Under the pieces are notes generated by a model. That model had not been told where the DNA came from. It saw nothing but the letters and a program-made list of their open reading frames with translations, and did no database searches. A stretch of 63,982 bases of DNA, counting the filler, from an uncultured bacterium (GTDB taxonomy: Bacteria; Auribacterota; CAZIXI01), in the NCBI GenBank assembly GCA_964543115.1. It is 8 parts of 8 records of this genome, joined end to end, with 100 filler letters (N's around TTAATTAATTAA, not from the genome) between each part and the next. Parts side by side here need not be neighbours in the genome. Positions count along the whole stretch, not along the records: positions 35,240 to 43,814 come from CAZIXI010000149.1; positions 43,915 to 52,439 come from CAZIXI010000150.1; 6 more parts are not named here. One strand, written 5' to 3'. Of this stretch, positions 40,486 to 49,446 are shown piece by piece. Every line of letters begins with the position of its first letter. Within the stretch, counting starts at the first letter, position 1. Made by a program: the position numbers and the translations under genes.

Positions 40486-41172
40486 ATGCGGACAATAGCG
40501 GATTACTATGATGATAAGATGTTTAAGCTGGTGATGAAGTCACATCGTATTTTTAGTCTGCCGGCAATGACTGTAGCGGAGAGAAAAATATATAAAAAGA
40601 TCCTCCTGGCAATAAAGGTAAATACAAGATTAAACATTTTTGAGTATGGTTCCGGTTTTTCTACTATATATACGGCAAAATTTCTTAAAAAAAATAATAT
40701 TCCTTTTCATATTTATTCAATAGACAATAATTTATTTTGGCACAATAAGGTTAAACATTTAGTAAAGATAGAGAGACTTGATGATGTTGTTAGTTTGTAT
40801 TTGAGAGAATTTCCTCCTTTTTGGGAAAAAGAGGGCTGGGAGTGGAAGGTAGTTCCGCAGTGCGGAAAATATGCGCCTATGGGGGACAAGGAACATGAGT
40901 ATATAAAATTTCCTTTATCTCTAGGGGAAAAATATGATTTTGTTCTTATTGATGGTCGCTTCCGCAGGCGTTGCTTAAAACTTATTGCGCAATGCCTTAG
41001 TGAGAAAGGAGTGGTTTTCCTTCATGATGCTCATAAAGCTTGGTACCACGAACCATTGTCTCTTTTCAAATATTCCCAGATGATAGATAGCGGAAAATAT
41101 TACCCCCTGGAAGGACGGGAATGGAAAATATGGTTAGGAAGCCTTAACAACTTCACTTTTAATGAAAAATAA
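40486..41172 (+). CDS. Putative class I SAM-dependent (O-)methyltransferase
   Basis: IFEYGSGFST; YDFVLIDGRFR; VFLHDA. Confidence 0.65.
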   Translation: MRTIADYYDDKMFKLVMKSHRIFSLPAMTVAERKIYKKILLAIKVNTRLNIFEYGSGFSTIYTAKFLKKNNIPFHIYSIDNNLFWHNKVKHLVKIERLDDVVSLYLREFPPFWEKEGWEWKVVPQCGKYAPMGDKEHEYIKFPLSLGEKYDFVLIDGRFRRRCLKLIAQCLSEKGVVFLHDAHKAWYHEPLSLFKYSQMIDSGKYYPLEGREWKIWLGSLNNFTFNEK

Positions 41173-42283
41173 GCTATTAAAAATTGAAAGACTAATTTGT
41201 CTGTATCTGCCTACGACATTGAAGGTGCTTTTATTAAAATGCTTTCCTTTTCTCAATAAATATTTTGCCATAAAACCATCTTGTGTTGCTCTAAATATTA
41301 CAGACAATTGTTGCTTCAGATGTGTTATGTGTGGCCAATGGAAGAGTAAAACTGATAGCGAATTGTCAACGGAGGAATGGTTTGGTGTTTTATCGCAACT
41401 TAAGGGAAGTGGCATAAAAGATGTGTCGATTGCCGGGGGGGAACCGTTCATAAGAAGAGATTTAATGGATATTATTAATTATGCGAATAATATTGGTTTA
41501 CAAGTGGGAATCATTACTAATGGGTATTTGTTGGATAAGAAAATAATAGCGGAGGCAGTAAAAGCCGGGGTGAAATCTTTTTCGATATCAATGGATGCTG
41601 TCGGGGATAATTTTGATAATATTCGTGGCAGGAAAGGAGCATATCAAAAGGTGCTGGAATCTTGCCGGATCCTTTCTGAACACAAAAATGATGGCATTTA
41701 TGTGGATTTATACTACACCCTTATGAAAACAACTATTGATTCTTACAAAGAAGTATTTGCCATAGCAGAAAATTTTAATTTCCCTTTTGTTGTTAATTTA
41801 TTTGATTATACACCCTATTTTTTTAAAGATCTGAATAAAACAAAGGAGTTTTATTGGCTGGATAAAGAAGCCCGCCCTCGCTTGAAAGAATTCCAGCGTT
41901 TTGTTGTGAAGAAAAAACAGAACAATGCAATATCTGTATATCACACATACAGTGAAATAAACTATTTTGAAAAGTATTTTAGAGATCCTTTGCAGAAAAG
42001 TATTCCTTGTACTGTGTCCCAGAAAAGAATTGGTATTGACTCACAAGGCAATGTGTTTGGCGGCTGTTGGTCTATGGGGAGTTTCGGCAGTTTAAAGGAG
42101 AAATCACTAAAAAATATTTTAAATTCGGACAAATACAAAAAAACCCATAAAAAAATGTTTTTAAAAATATGTCCGGGATGTTCTTGCGGGTATAGTGCTA
42201 ATTTGCGGTATTTTCTGCCGGTTGCCCTAAAGGAATTGATTTTTAAATCTGTCCCGCCTCTTAGGAGAAAAGTATATGCCTGA
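41162..42283 (+). CDS. Radical SAM protein with C-terminal SPASM/twitch-like Cys cluster
   Basis: CCFRCVMC (CxxxCxxC), AGGEP, ITNG, SISMD; C-terminal CTVS...GGCW...CPGCSC. Confidence 0.88.
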   Translation: MKNKLLKIERLICLYLPTTLKVLLLKCFPFLNKYFAIKPSCVALNITDNCCFRCVMCGQWKSKTDSELSTEEWFGVLSQLKGSGIKDVSIAGGEPFIRRDLMDIINYANNIGLQVGIITNGYLLDKKIIAEAVKAGVKSFSISMDAVGDNFDNIRGRKGAYQKVLESCRILSEHKNDGIYVDLYYTLMKTTIDSYKEVFAIAENFNFPFVVNLFDYTPYFFKDLNKTKEFYWLDKEARPRLKEFQRFVVKKKQNNAISVYHTYSEINYFEKYFRDPLQKSIPCTVSQKRIGIDSQGNVFGGCWSMGSFGSLKEKSLKNILNSDKYKKTHKKMFLKICPGCSCGYSANLRYFLPVALKELIFKSVPPLRRKVYA

Positions 42284-43205
42284 TAATCTCGCAATTATTA
42301 TACCTACTTATAATAGAGAAAACAGGTTGATTGCTTTGTTAAAGAGTATAAAAGAACAGTCTGTCTATCCGCAGGAAGTAATAATAGTAGATGCGAGTGT
42401 CAATTCTGCCGAATGCTTGATTAAAGGCGTTGAAGGATTAAATGTCAGATATATTAGATCAGAAGTTCCTTGCTTAACGAAACAGAGAAATATTGGTATA
42501 AGCAATGTTTCAATAGATATTGATATCGTGGGTTTTTTGGATGACGATGTAATACTTTGCAATAATGCGATAGATAATATGATTTCTTTCTGGCGTCAGG
42601 TATCAGATAGCACCGGAGGAGTTTCTTTTAATATTATTGATAACCCGCTTCCTTCCTTGATAAAGGTAAAAAAACTGTTTTCACTGGACTCCTCTAAAAA
42701 GGGTAAGTTGTTGAGGTCTAGTTTTAACAGTTCGCTGTATCCGGTGGTAATGGATATGAGAACGCAGTGGTTGAGCGGTGCGTGTACTATTTGGCGAAAA
42801 GAACTATTGGACAAATTCAAGTATGATGAAAATTTAAAAGGGTATGGTTTGCTGGAAGATGTGGATTTTAGTTACCGGGCCGGAAAGCAATATGACTTAT
42901 TTGTTTTAGGCAATGCTCAGGTGAAACATTTAACTGATTCTGTGCCAAAAAGAAGAGCATTTCAGCTGGGTCTGGTCGAGGTTTTAAATAGGTATTATTT
43001 TTTATCTAAGCACAAGGAATTTTCAATATTATCTTTTTATTGGGCTTTTATTGGATTAATCACGCTAGGTGTTATATCCAGCATAAAGCAGTTGAGTATT
43101 AGCCGCTTAAAGAGGGCGCTTGGTAATGTCGCAGGAGTATGTAGCGTATTAATACTGAAGGGAAGACTATTGAAAAGTCATAAATACAGCAATATAAAGA
43201 ATTAA
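42276..43205 (+). CDS. GT2 family glycosyltransferase
   Basis: IIIPTYNR, QRNIGI, FLDDD, EDVDFS. Confidence 0.9.
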   Translation: MPDNLAIIIPTYNRENRLIALLKSIKEQSVYPQEVIIVDASVNSAECLIKGVEGLNVRYIRSEVPCLTKQRNIGISNVSIDIDIVGFLDDDVILCNNAIDNMISFWRQVSDSTGGVSFNIIDNPLPSLIKVKKLFSLDSSKKGKLLRSSFNSSLYPVVMDMRTQWLSGACTIWRKELLDKFKYDENLKGYGLLEDVDFSYRAGKQYDLFVLGNAQVKHLTDSVPKRRAFQLGLVEVLNRYYFLSKHKEFSILSFYWAFIGLITLGVISSIKQLSISRLKRALGNVAGVCSVLILKGRLLKSHKYSNIKN

Positions 43206-43212
43206 AAAACAA

Positions 43213-43814
43213 ATGAATTATTGGCACAGAAAAAACACAAAGAAAGATGAAGAAAAAACTACAATTGCTTTACTCTGTACGGCGTTAAACGAACGGGGCG
43301 GAACGAGCAGGCATATGTTAAGTTTTTACAATAGCATAGACAGGAACAAGTTTAAGGTTATTATCGCTTATTGTTCAAGGGAAGAGGAAACATTAAGAAC
43401 TTATTTTATTGCTGGAGGGGCTAGGAGAGAAGATTTATTTTGTTTTCCGGTTAGTAAAAAATTATTGTTTATTCCTCTTGTGATTAAATTGCGTAAATTA
43501 TTTATTGCTGAACGCGTGGATGTTGTGAATACTTTTTTCCTTCACGGCGATATTATTGGCTTTTTTACGGCGAAGGCCGCGGGCATTAAGCACCTGGTGT
43601 CTTCTGTGGAGGGAAATCTATTCTGGGATGAGATGGAAGATGTTAATGGGATAAAACAAGTTTGCTATAAGGTTTTAAATAAATTTATTCGGAAGTATTT
43701 TTATAAAACAATAGCTTTTTCCCAACAATTAAAATATGAATTAATTGATTATTGTAATGTCGTCCTGGGTAAGGTTGTGGTGATAAATGTGGGGATAGAG
43801 CCGGCTTGGGGCAG
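43213..43814 (+). CDS. GT4 family glycosyltransferase, N-terminal domain (3'-truncated)
   Basis: GGTSRH, DRNKFKV, LRKLF...VDVVNT; ends near VINVGI. Confidence 0.75.
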
Positions 43815-43914
43815 NNNNNNNNNNNNNNNNNNNNNNNNNNNNNNNNNNNNNNNNNNNNTTAATTAATTAANNNNNNNNNNNNNNNNNNNNNNNNNNNNNN
43901 NNNNNNNNNNNNNN
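43815..43914. other. Artificial contig-joining spacer
   Basis: N44-TTAATTAATTAA-N44. Confidence 0.97.
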
Positions 43915-44236
43915 TTTAACCGCTTGGCTCCGCGTCCGGGGAATAAGGGTAAGAGCCTACCGCCCTGATTTAAGGCCAGGGGCATGGTAAACCCCATTCG
44001 GAGCAAGGCCAAATAGGTCCCGTTTATTCCCTCAGCCTTGTGTTGAGGAATTAAGAGCGGCCCGCTCAAATTCTTCCTGTTTCAGGGAGAGAACGGGATG
44101 GGTAAGGCCGCAGGTGTTTTCTCTGGTCCGCAAATCCCGGGAAGAGAAAGCAGCACGAGATAGATGACCATCGGCTGTCGTTTTCTTGTTAACAAGGGAA
44201 AAGGCAGTAACAGGATCCGGCTTATGGGCCTGTCCC
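43915..44236 (+). ncRNA. rnpB: RNase P RNA (type A), 3' part; 5' end lost in the gap
   Basis: Conserved segments GGTAAGAG..ACCG, GGTAAACCCC...GGAGCAAGGCCAAATAGG, GGCCCG, AGATAGATGA and ACAGGATCCGGCTTA, in the same order as E. coli rnpB. Confidence 0.9.
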
Positions 44237-44363
44237 GCTCTTTGTTTATTATGGTTCTTATCAATCATTTTTTAGCTATATGAGATCGGTGATATATCCG
44301 AATATTCATTAGGTTTGATCATCTAATCAGAAGGGCGATGCCCGTAAGGGCAAGGAGAGCTTT

Positions 44364-44714
44364 ATGAAAAAGATATTGGTGATTGATGATGATTTTGGAA
44401 CCAGGAAAAGTGTGCAGGATATGTTGGCCGGCGCGGTGGCGGAAGTATTGCTGACGCCAGATGCTGTGTCGGCATTACTTTCCCTTAAGGATCATCCTGA
44501 GGTAGAGGGAGTGATTTCTGATTATCGCCTGCCCGGTCTGGGTGGGTATGAATGGATTGATTTATTAAAGCATTACAACCCGAAGTTAAATATGGTTGTG
44601 ATCAGCGCCTATGGCGTGATTAAGGACAAGGTCGAAGAGAAGCAGTTGAAGCTATTGATTAAACCGTTTACTAAAGATCAATTGCATGCGGCCCTGGGAT
44701 TAAAGAGAGGTTAA
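44364..44714 (+). CDS. Single-domain response regulator receiver
   Basis: ILVIDDD, ISDYRLPG, ISAY, KPF. Confidence 0.88.
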   Translation: MKKILVIDDDFGTRKSVQDMLAGAVAEVLLTPDAVSALLSLKDHPEVEGVISDYRLPGLGGYEWIDLLKHYNPKLNMVVISAYGVIKDKVEEKQLKLLIKPFTKDQLHAALGLKRG

Positions 44715-44723
44715 GGAGGCAGG

Positions 44724-45050
44724 ATGAGCGAGATAAAGGTTGATGATGCCAGCTTTCAGCAAGAGGTGCTCCAGGCCGCTTTGCCGGTGATTGTAGATTT
44801 CTGGGCGCCCTGGTGCGCGCCGTGTAAGATGATTGCGCCCTTAATTGAGCAGATTGCCCTGGAATATGCGGGCCAAATCATGGTTGCTAAGGTAAATGTT
44901 GACGATAGCCCGGAAGTGGCCTCCCGTTATCAGGTAATGAGTATCCCGACATTGTTGTTTATTAAGAGCGGTGAAGTAGTAGAGCAGACGGTTGGCGCGG
45001 TATCCAAGGATGTTATAATAGAGAAAATAAAACAGCATTTTTTAGGGTGA
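44724..45050 (+). CDS. trxA: Thioredoxin
   Basis: VDFWAPWCAPC, KVNVDD, SIPTLL. Confidence 0.93.
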   Translation: MSEIKVDDASFQQEVLQAALPVIVDFWAPWCAPCKMIAPLIEQIALEYAGQIMVAKVNVDDSPEVASRYQVMSIPTLLFIKSGEVVEQTVGAVSKDVIIEKIKQHFLG

Positions 45051-45131
45051 ACTGATTTTTCCAAAATGTGGCGAGTACCCATTATCTTGGATAGTCAGTT
45101 TAAAAATATACCATATCTTGTTGCTTTTTCC

Positions 45132-45161
45132 TTGACAGTACGATTTTTTTTGTGATATAAT
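45132..45161 (+). promoter_or_regulatory. Putative sigma70 promoter
   Basis: TTGACA, 18 nt, TATAAT with an extended TG. Confidence 0.6.
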
Positions 45162-45180
45162 TATTCACAGAAAAAGGAGT

Positions 45181-45336
45181 ATGGTCATGGTGGGTATTTT
45201 ACAAGTGATAACCAGAAAAGCAGACAAGCCTGTTAAGCGGTCCAAGGTGGAGCTTCTTGGTAATAATCCCCTGTTCTATAAGGTAATGACTGTTGATAAA
45301 AAAATTTTAAGGATTAAAAGACGTAGATGGAATTGA
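45181..45336 (+). CDS. Small basic hypothetical protein, 51 aa (not in the ORF track)
   Basis: AAGGAG RBS; MVMVGILQVITRKADKPVKRSKVELLGNNPLFYKVMTVDKKILRIKRRRWN; stop 6 nt before the PilZ ATG. Confidence 0.5.
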   Translation: MVMVGILQVITRKADKPVKRSKVELLGNNPLFYKVMTVDKKILRIKRRRWN

Positions 45337-45342
45337 GGTAAT

Positions 45343-45756
45343 ATGGTTGGATCAGCCAGTGATTTAGAACGCCGCCGTAGCCCGCGGGTTGAATATGTCG
45401 GAGAAATATGGTACCGGGATATCAATAAATCTCCGCAGGGCTTCAAGCATGCCTATGCCAGGAATATAAGTGAGCATGGCATCCTTTTTGAAACATACGA
45501 GAGTTTTCCTCCTTGTACTATTTTAGAGCTTCGCTTGGACCTTTCCTCTATTCCGGGTGTTTTAATGCCGGAAACTGTTTCAATCAATGTGTTGGTGGAA
45601 GTAGTACGCTGTGAAGAAATCCGGCGGTCCTGGCTTTATCAGGCGGGAGTTTCATTCTGCAAGATAAATGCTGAAGATCGATTAACCTTAAGCAAATATA
45701 TCCAAAAAGTTTTGCCGGACCCAGCAGATTCAGACTCGCAACCACTTCCTACTTAG
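45343..45756 (+). CDS. PilZ-domain protein
   Basis: ERRRSPR (RxxxR) and NISEHG (D/N-x-S-x-x-G). Confidence 0.88.
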   Translation: MVGSASDLERRRSPRVEYVGEIWYRDINKSPQGFKHAYARNISEHGILFETYESFPPCTILELRLDLSSIPGVLMPETVSINVLVEVVRCEEIRRSWLYQAGVSFCKINAEDRLTLSKYIQKVLPDPADSDSQPLPT

Positions 45757-45769
45757 ATAGATAGCATAA

Positions 45770-45905
45770 TAATTTCCTCAGACTACCTTTCAATACCGAG
45801 AAAAGACCTGGACAACCGCTATTTCCATGTAAGATTAACTGTCGCAATAACTAACATCAGAAAGCAGGGCGGGGTCCAGTTTTATGAAAAAATGGGCAAA
45901 ATTCC
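45770..45905 (-). ncRNA. Candidate rod-shaped ncRNA (6S-like)
   Basis: By eye the minus strand folds into a long imperfect hairpin with an internal bubble; upstream TTAACA-17-TAAGAT on the minus strand. No family-level sequence match established. Confidence 0.3.
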
Positions 45906-45994
45906 ACTAATCTTACTATTGACAGTTCCATCTGTTAACTGATAGTATATTTAGATTTGATTAATAATAAATAATAATATATAAGATTAATAAT

Positions 45995-46942
45995 ATGAAT
46001 AAGAAGAAGCGATCCCTGGATTTTCATCGAATTCGTACATATCCTTTACGAGAAAGGCAAAGTAAGGTTAAGATTTCTGATTCCCAGTGCTGTTTACCAA
46101 AGACGGGTATCGGGTTCCTGCCGTTTTTCGAGGCCCTGTCACATTTTTCTGCTGGCAGCCGGCTAAAACAGATCGTTCAGGCTATTATTACTAGTGCCAA
46201 AAGCTCTCGGCCGGTGCTCTTTTGTTTACAGGCCGGGGTACTGGAGTCTGTTTTGGGGCCTTTGCTTATTTCTTTAATGGAGCGGAAGATTGTTACGGGG
46301 ATAGCAATTACCGGTGCCGGCGGGATTGCTGACTTTGAGATTGCCCTTATTGGTCAGACAGGTGAGGATGAGGCCAGTGGGCTTGAGGATGGTACCCTGG
46401 GGATGGTTGAGGAAACGGCAAAGTTAATGAATGAAACTATTATCCAGGGGGCGAAGCAGGGTTTGGGGGCAGGGCAGGCTCTGGGTGAAAAGATATTAAG
46501 GGATGATTTTCCTTATCGTGATTATAGTGTTCTGGCCAGGGGGATAGAGTATGGTATTCCCGTAACTCTGCATATGGCTATTGGCGCGGATGTGATCCAG
46601 CAGCACCCATCAACAGATGGTGCGGCAATAGGTGAGGCCAGTTATATTGATTTTCAAATGTTTGCTAATCAGATAAGTTTACTGGGGAAAGGCGGTGTGA
46701 TTGTTAATATCGGTTCAGATCCATTGTTAAACCAGGTGTTTATTAAGGCCTTAACTATCGCCAGGAACTTGGGACATCGGGTTAAGGATTTCAGTTTAGT
46801 AGATATTGATACTGCGGGACCGAAAAAAACGGAATTATCCAGACCGGAGAATATTGGCGGACAGATATATACAATTACCGCTGAGCAAGAGATTGTCGTA
46901 CCCTTTTTGGTTCAGGCTGTTATGGATCTCTGGCAGGAGTGA
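45995..46942 (+). CDS. Deoxyhypusine-synthase-like fold protein of unknown function
   Basis: IRTYPLRERQSKV, DFEIAL.GQT.EDE, GTLGMVEETA, IPVTLHMAIGAD...HP; directly upstream of hldA. Confidence 0.6.
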   Translation: MNKKKRSLDFHRIRTYPLRERQSKVKISDSQCCLPKTGIGFLPFFEALSHFSAGSRLKQIVQAIITSAKSSRPVLFCLQAGVLESVLGPLLISLMERKIVTGIAITGAGGIADFEIALIGQTGEDEASGLEDGTLGMVEETAKLMNETIIQGAKQGLGAGQALGEKILRDDFPYRDYSVLARGIEYGIPVTLHMAIGADVIQQHPSTDGAAIGEASYIDFQMFANQISLLGKGGVIVNIGSDPLLNQVFIKALTIARNLGHRVKDFSLVDIDTAGPKKTELSRPENIGGQIYTITAEQEIVVPFLVQAVMDLWQE

Positions 46943-47998
46943 TTATGGGAAAAATTAATCAGACTCATCTGGTAAAGATTGTCCGCAGATTTCCACGGGC
47001 TAATTTGCTGGTTGTGGGCGATGTAATTTTAGATCAGTTTATTTGGGGCAAAGTAACGCGAATCTCACCTGAGGCGCCGGTTCCCGTAGTGCAGGTGAGC
47101 CGGGAAACATTTGCCTGTGGCGGTGCGGCTAATGTGGCGCGTAATATCTTCAGCCTGCAGGCAAACGTGTCCCTGGCCGGTATAATTGGTGATGATCTTT
47201 GGGGCCGGGAACTGGTAAAGATACTTAAGGAAAATCAGGCTGATACAAGGGGCCTGGTCAGGAGTAAAGGCAAAAGGACCATTTTAAAAGCGCGAGTTAT
47301 TGCTCATAACCAACAGGTGGTGCGGGTGGATTGGGAGAACGGTTCTTCTCCGCTGAAAAGGGATATAAATAAGATCGGTAAGACTGCGACAATGTGTGCC
47401 GCCTGCCGNNNNNNNNNNAAATAAGATTTGTGAATTTATCAAACAGACAATTCCTCATATTGACGGGGTTATTGTTGAAGATTACGGTAAAGGTCTGATA
47501 ACTCAGGAGCTGGTGGATGTTTTAGTGAAACTTTGCCGGCAGCACAATAAGGTAATAGTGGTTGATCCGAAGAAGGGGCACTGTCTGGATTTTAGCCGGG
47601 TGACGGCAGTTACTCCCAATCTGGAAGAGGCCCTGTCTATTAGGGGAGAGGAATATCGTGGTGATTATGATCAGGGGCACGTAGAGGCAACAGGGCGTTT
47701 TATCTTAGCTAAATGGAGCCCCCAGGCAGTACTCATTACCCTGGGTGAACATGGTATGAGCCTTTTTGAGGACGGTAAAAAAACAGTAACTGTTCCAAGT
47801 GCCGTGCGGCAGGTTTATGATGTTAGTGGTGCTGGGGATACAGTTGTTGGTGTTTTTACCACAGCCCTGGTCAGCGGGGCAACGGTGGCTGAAGCGACTT
47901 ACCTGGCTAATCTGGCGGCCGGAGTAGTTGTGGCGAAGGTGGGGACGGCCACTTTGACGATTGCAGAACTTTTAAAAGCAATTAAGGACAGTCCATAA
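46939..47998 (+). CDS. rfaE1: D-glycero-beta-D-manno-heptose-7-phosphate kinase (HldE kinase domain/HldA), interrupted by a 10-N gap at 47409-47418
   Basis: GDVILD, RISPEAPVPVV, GGAANVA, DYGKG, VDPK, TPNLEEA, DVSGAGDTV. Confidence 0.92.
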
Positions 47999-48134
47999 CC
48001 ATTCCAATAATGGCAGTCCCCCGATGGAATCGGGGGGCAGTCTATAACCATTCCAATAATAGCAGTCTATATACATTCATATAATGGCAGCCCCAAGCGA
48101 AGCTTGGGGCAGTCCCCCGATGGAATCGGGGGGG
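47989..48134 (+). repeat. Cluster of the dispersed spacer+hairpin repeat: three spacer units and three hairpins
   Basis: CAGTC(C/T)ATA..CATTC..ATAAT(G/A)GCAG x3; hairpins CCCCCGAT-GGA-ATCGGGGG x2 and GCCCCAAGC-GAA-GCTTGGGGC. The hldA stop codon lies within the first unit. Confidence 0.9.
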
Positions 48135-48146
48135 AGCAGGTAGATT

Positions 48147-48713
48147 ATGAAAAAAGCAGTCTTTTTGGATCGTGACGGGACAATAAACGTTGATACCGGA
48201 TACCTTAGTGATCCGGATGGTTTAGTGATTATTCGGGGAGCGAAGAAAGGCATCAAACTGCTTAAGAAAAACGGATTTATGGTTTTTATTATTACCAATC
48301 AGTCCGGAGTGGGCCGGGGCTATTTTTCCCTGGAGCAACTGGCGTCGGTAAACCAGCGTTTGTTGGAGGAACTGAGCAAAGATGGTATTGAGATAGATGA
48401 TGTTCGTTTCTGCCCGCATCATCCGCAGCAGAAATGTGCTTGCCGTAAACCGGAGCCGGGTCTGGTGGTTGATCTTATAGAGCGATACGGGGTAGATGCA
48501 GAGAATTCTTATTTTGTTGGTGATAAGATGCTGGATGTTAAAACGGGTAAGAATGTCGGCTGCCGGACAATACTGATCAGTGATGATAGTGGATTTATTT
48601 TTGAAGAAGAAGATGATTGGACGCCGCCGGATTTTATTGCTAAAAATTTACATGAAGGAGCGAAGTGGATCATAAAGGATCTGAAGAACGCTCAGAAACA
48701 GCCGGCGCATTGA
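48147..48713 (+). CDS. gmhB: D-glycero-D-manno-heptose 1,7-bisphosphate phosphatase
   Basis: FLDRDGTIN, TNQSGVGRG, CPHHP, CACRKP, VGDKMLD. Confidence 0.93.
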   Translation: MKKAVFLDRDGTINVDTGYLSDPDGLVIIRGAKKGIKLLKKNGFMVFIITNQSGVGRGYFSLEQLASVNQRLLEELSKDGIEIDDVRFCPHHPQQKCACRKPEPGLVVDLIERYGVDAENSYFVGDKMLDVKTGKNVGCRTILISDDSGFIFEEEDDWTPPDFIAKNLHEGAKWIIKDLKNAQKQPAH

Positions 48714-48725
48714 TTTTTAGTAATC

Positions 48726-49445
48726 ATGAAAATAATTGGAGTTATTCCAGCGAGATATGAATCAAAAAGGTTTCCCGGCAAGGTGTTAACGCTGTTCCGG
48801 GGGAAACCGTTACTGCAGCATGTTTATGAGCGGGTGCGGCAAAGCCCGGTTCTGGCAGAAGTGCTGGTGGCAACTGATAATCAGGCTATTCAGGAGAGTG
48901 CCTCTGGGTTTGGGGCGAAGGTAATACTTACTCCGAAAGATTGTTCCTGCGGGAGTGATCGAGTAGCCTATGTTGCCGGCCAGGTTGACGCGGATATTAT
49001 AGTTAATATTCAGGGGGATCAGCCGCGTTTGCCTTTTCCGTTAATAGGAGAAGTGGTTGAGCCTCTGTTGAGGCGCCCGGAACTGGTTATGACAACACCA
49101 GTTGTGCTTAGCAAAGATAAAGAAGAGTTCCTGAACCCAAACGTGGTCAAGGCAGTGATGGATAGTAAAGGATTTGCTCTTTATTTTTCCCGCTCGTCTG
49201 TGCCATGTTATCGCCAGGGCGGTGTTGGGCCGCAGGGTTTTTACAAGCATATTGGAGTGTATGCTTTCCGGAAGGAGTTTTTACTGCAATTTAAAAAATT
49301 TAAGGCGGGAAGATTGGAAAAGATTGAAGGACTTGAGCAGCTGCGTGTTTTAGAAAACGGTTATCGCATTCTAATGGTGACCACTAAGCATAATTCACCC
49401 AGTGTGGATACGGTTGCGGATCTGGAGATGCTCTCAAGGAGTTAA
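48726..49445 (+). CDS. kdsB: CMP-Kdo synthetase
   Basis: [54 protein letters not shown]. Confidence 0.92.
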   Translation: MKIIGVIPARYESKRFPGKVLTLFRGKPLLQHVYERVRQSPVLAEVLVATDNQAIQESASGFGAKVILTPKDCSCGSDRVAYVAGQVDADIIVNIQGDQPRLPFPLIGEVVEPLLRRPELVMTTPVVLSKDKEEFLNPNVVKAVMDSKGFALYFSRSSVPCYRQGGVGPQGFYKHIGVYAFRKEFLLQFKKFKAGRLEKIEGLEQLRVLENGYRILMVTTKHNSPSVDTVADLEMLSRS

Positions 49446-49446
49446 T

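Noticed and set aside
43863..44268. Short ORFs 43863-44069, 44032-44268 and 44082-44264
   Set aside because: They are antisense shadows of the rnpB RNA gene.
47365..47430. hldA apparently split into two ORFs (46939-47424 and 47396-47998)
   Set aside because: AAATAAGAT occurs on both sides of a 10-N gap, and joining there gives a continuous DINKICEFIKQ. The intervening AGATCGGTAAGAC... resembles adapter or low-quality read tail.
47989..48134. CRISPR-like look of alternating repeats and hairpins between hldA and gmhB
   Set aside because: There are no unique spacers, unit lengths are irregular, no cas genes are present, and the same units occur singly elsewhere. Treated as a dispersed repeat cluster.
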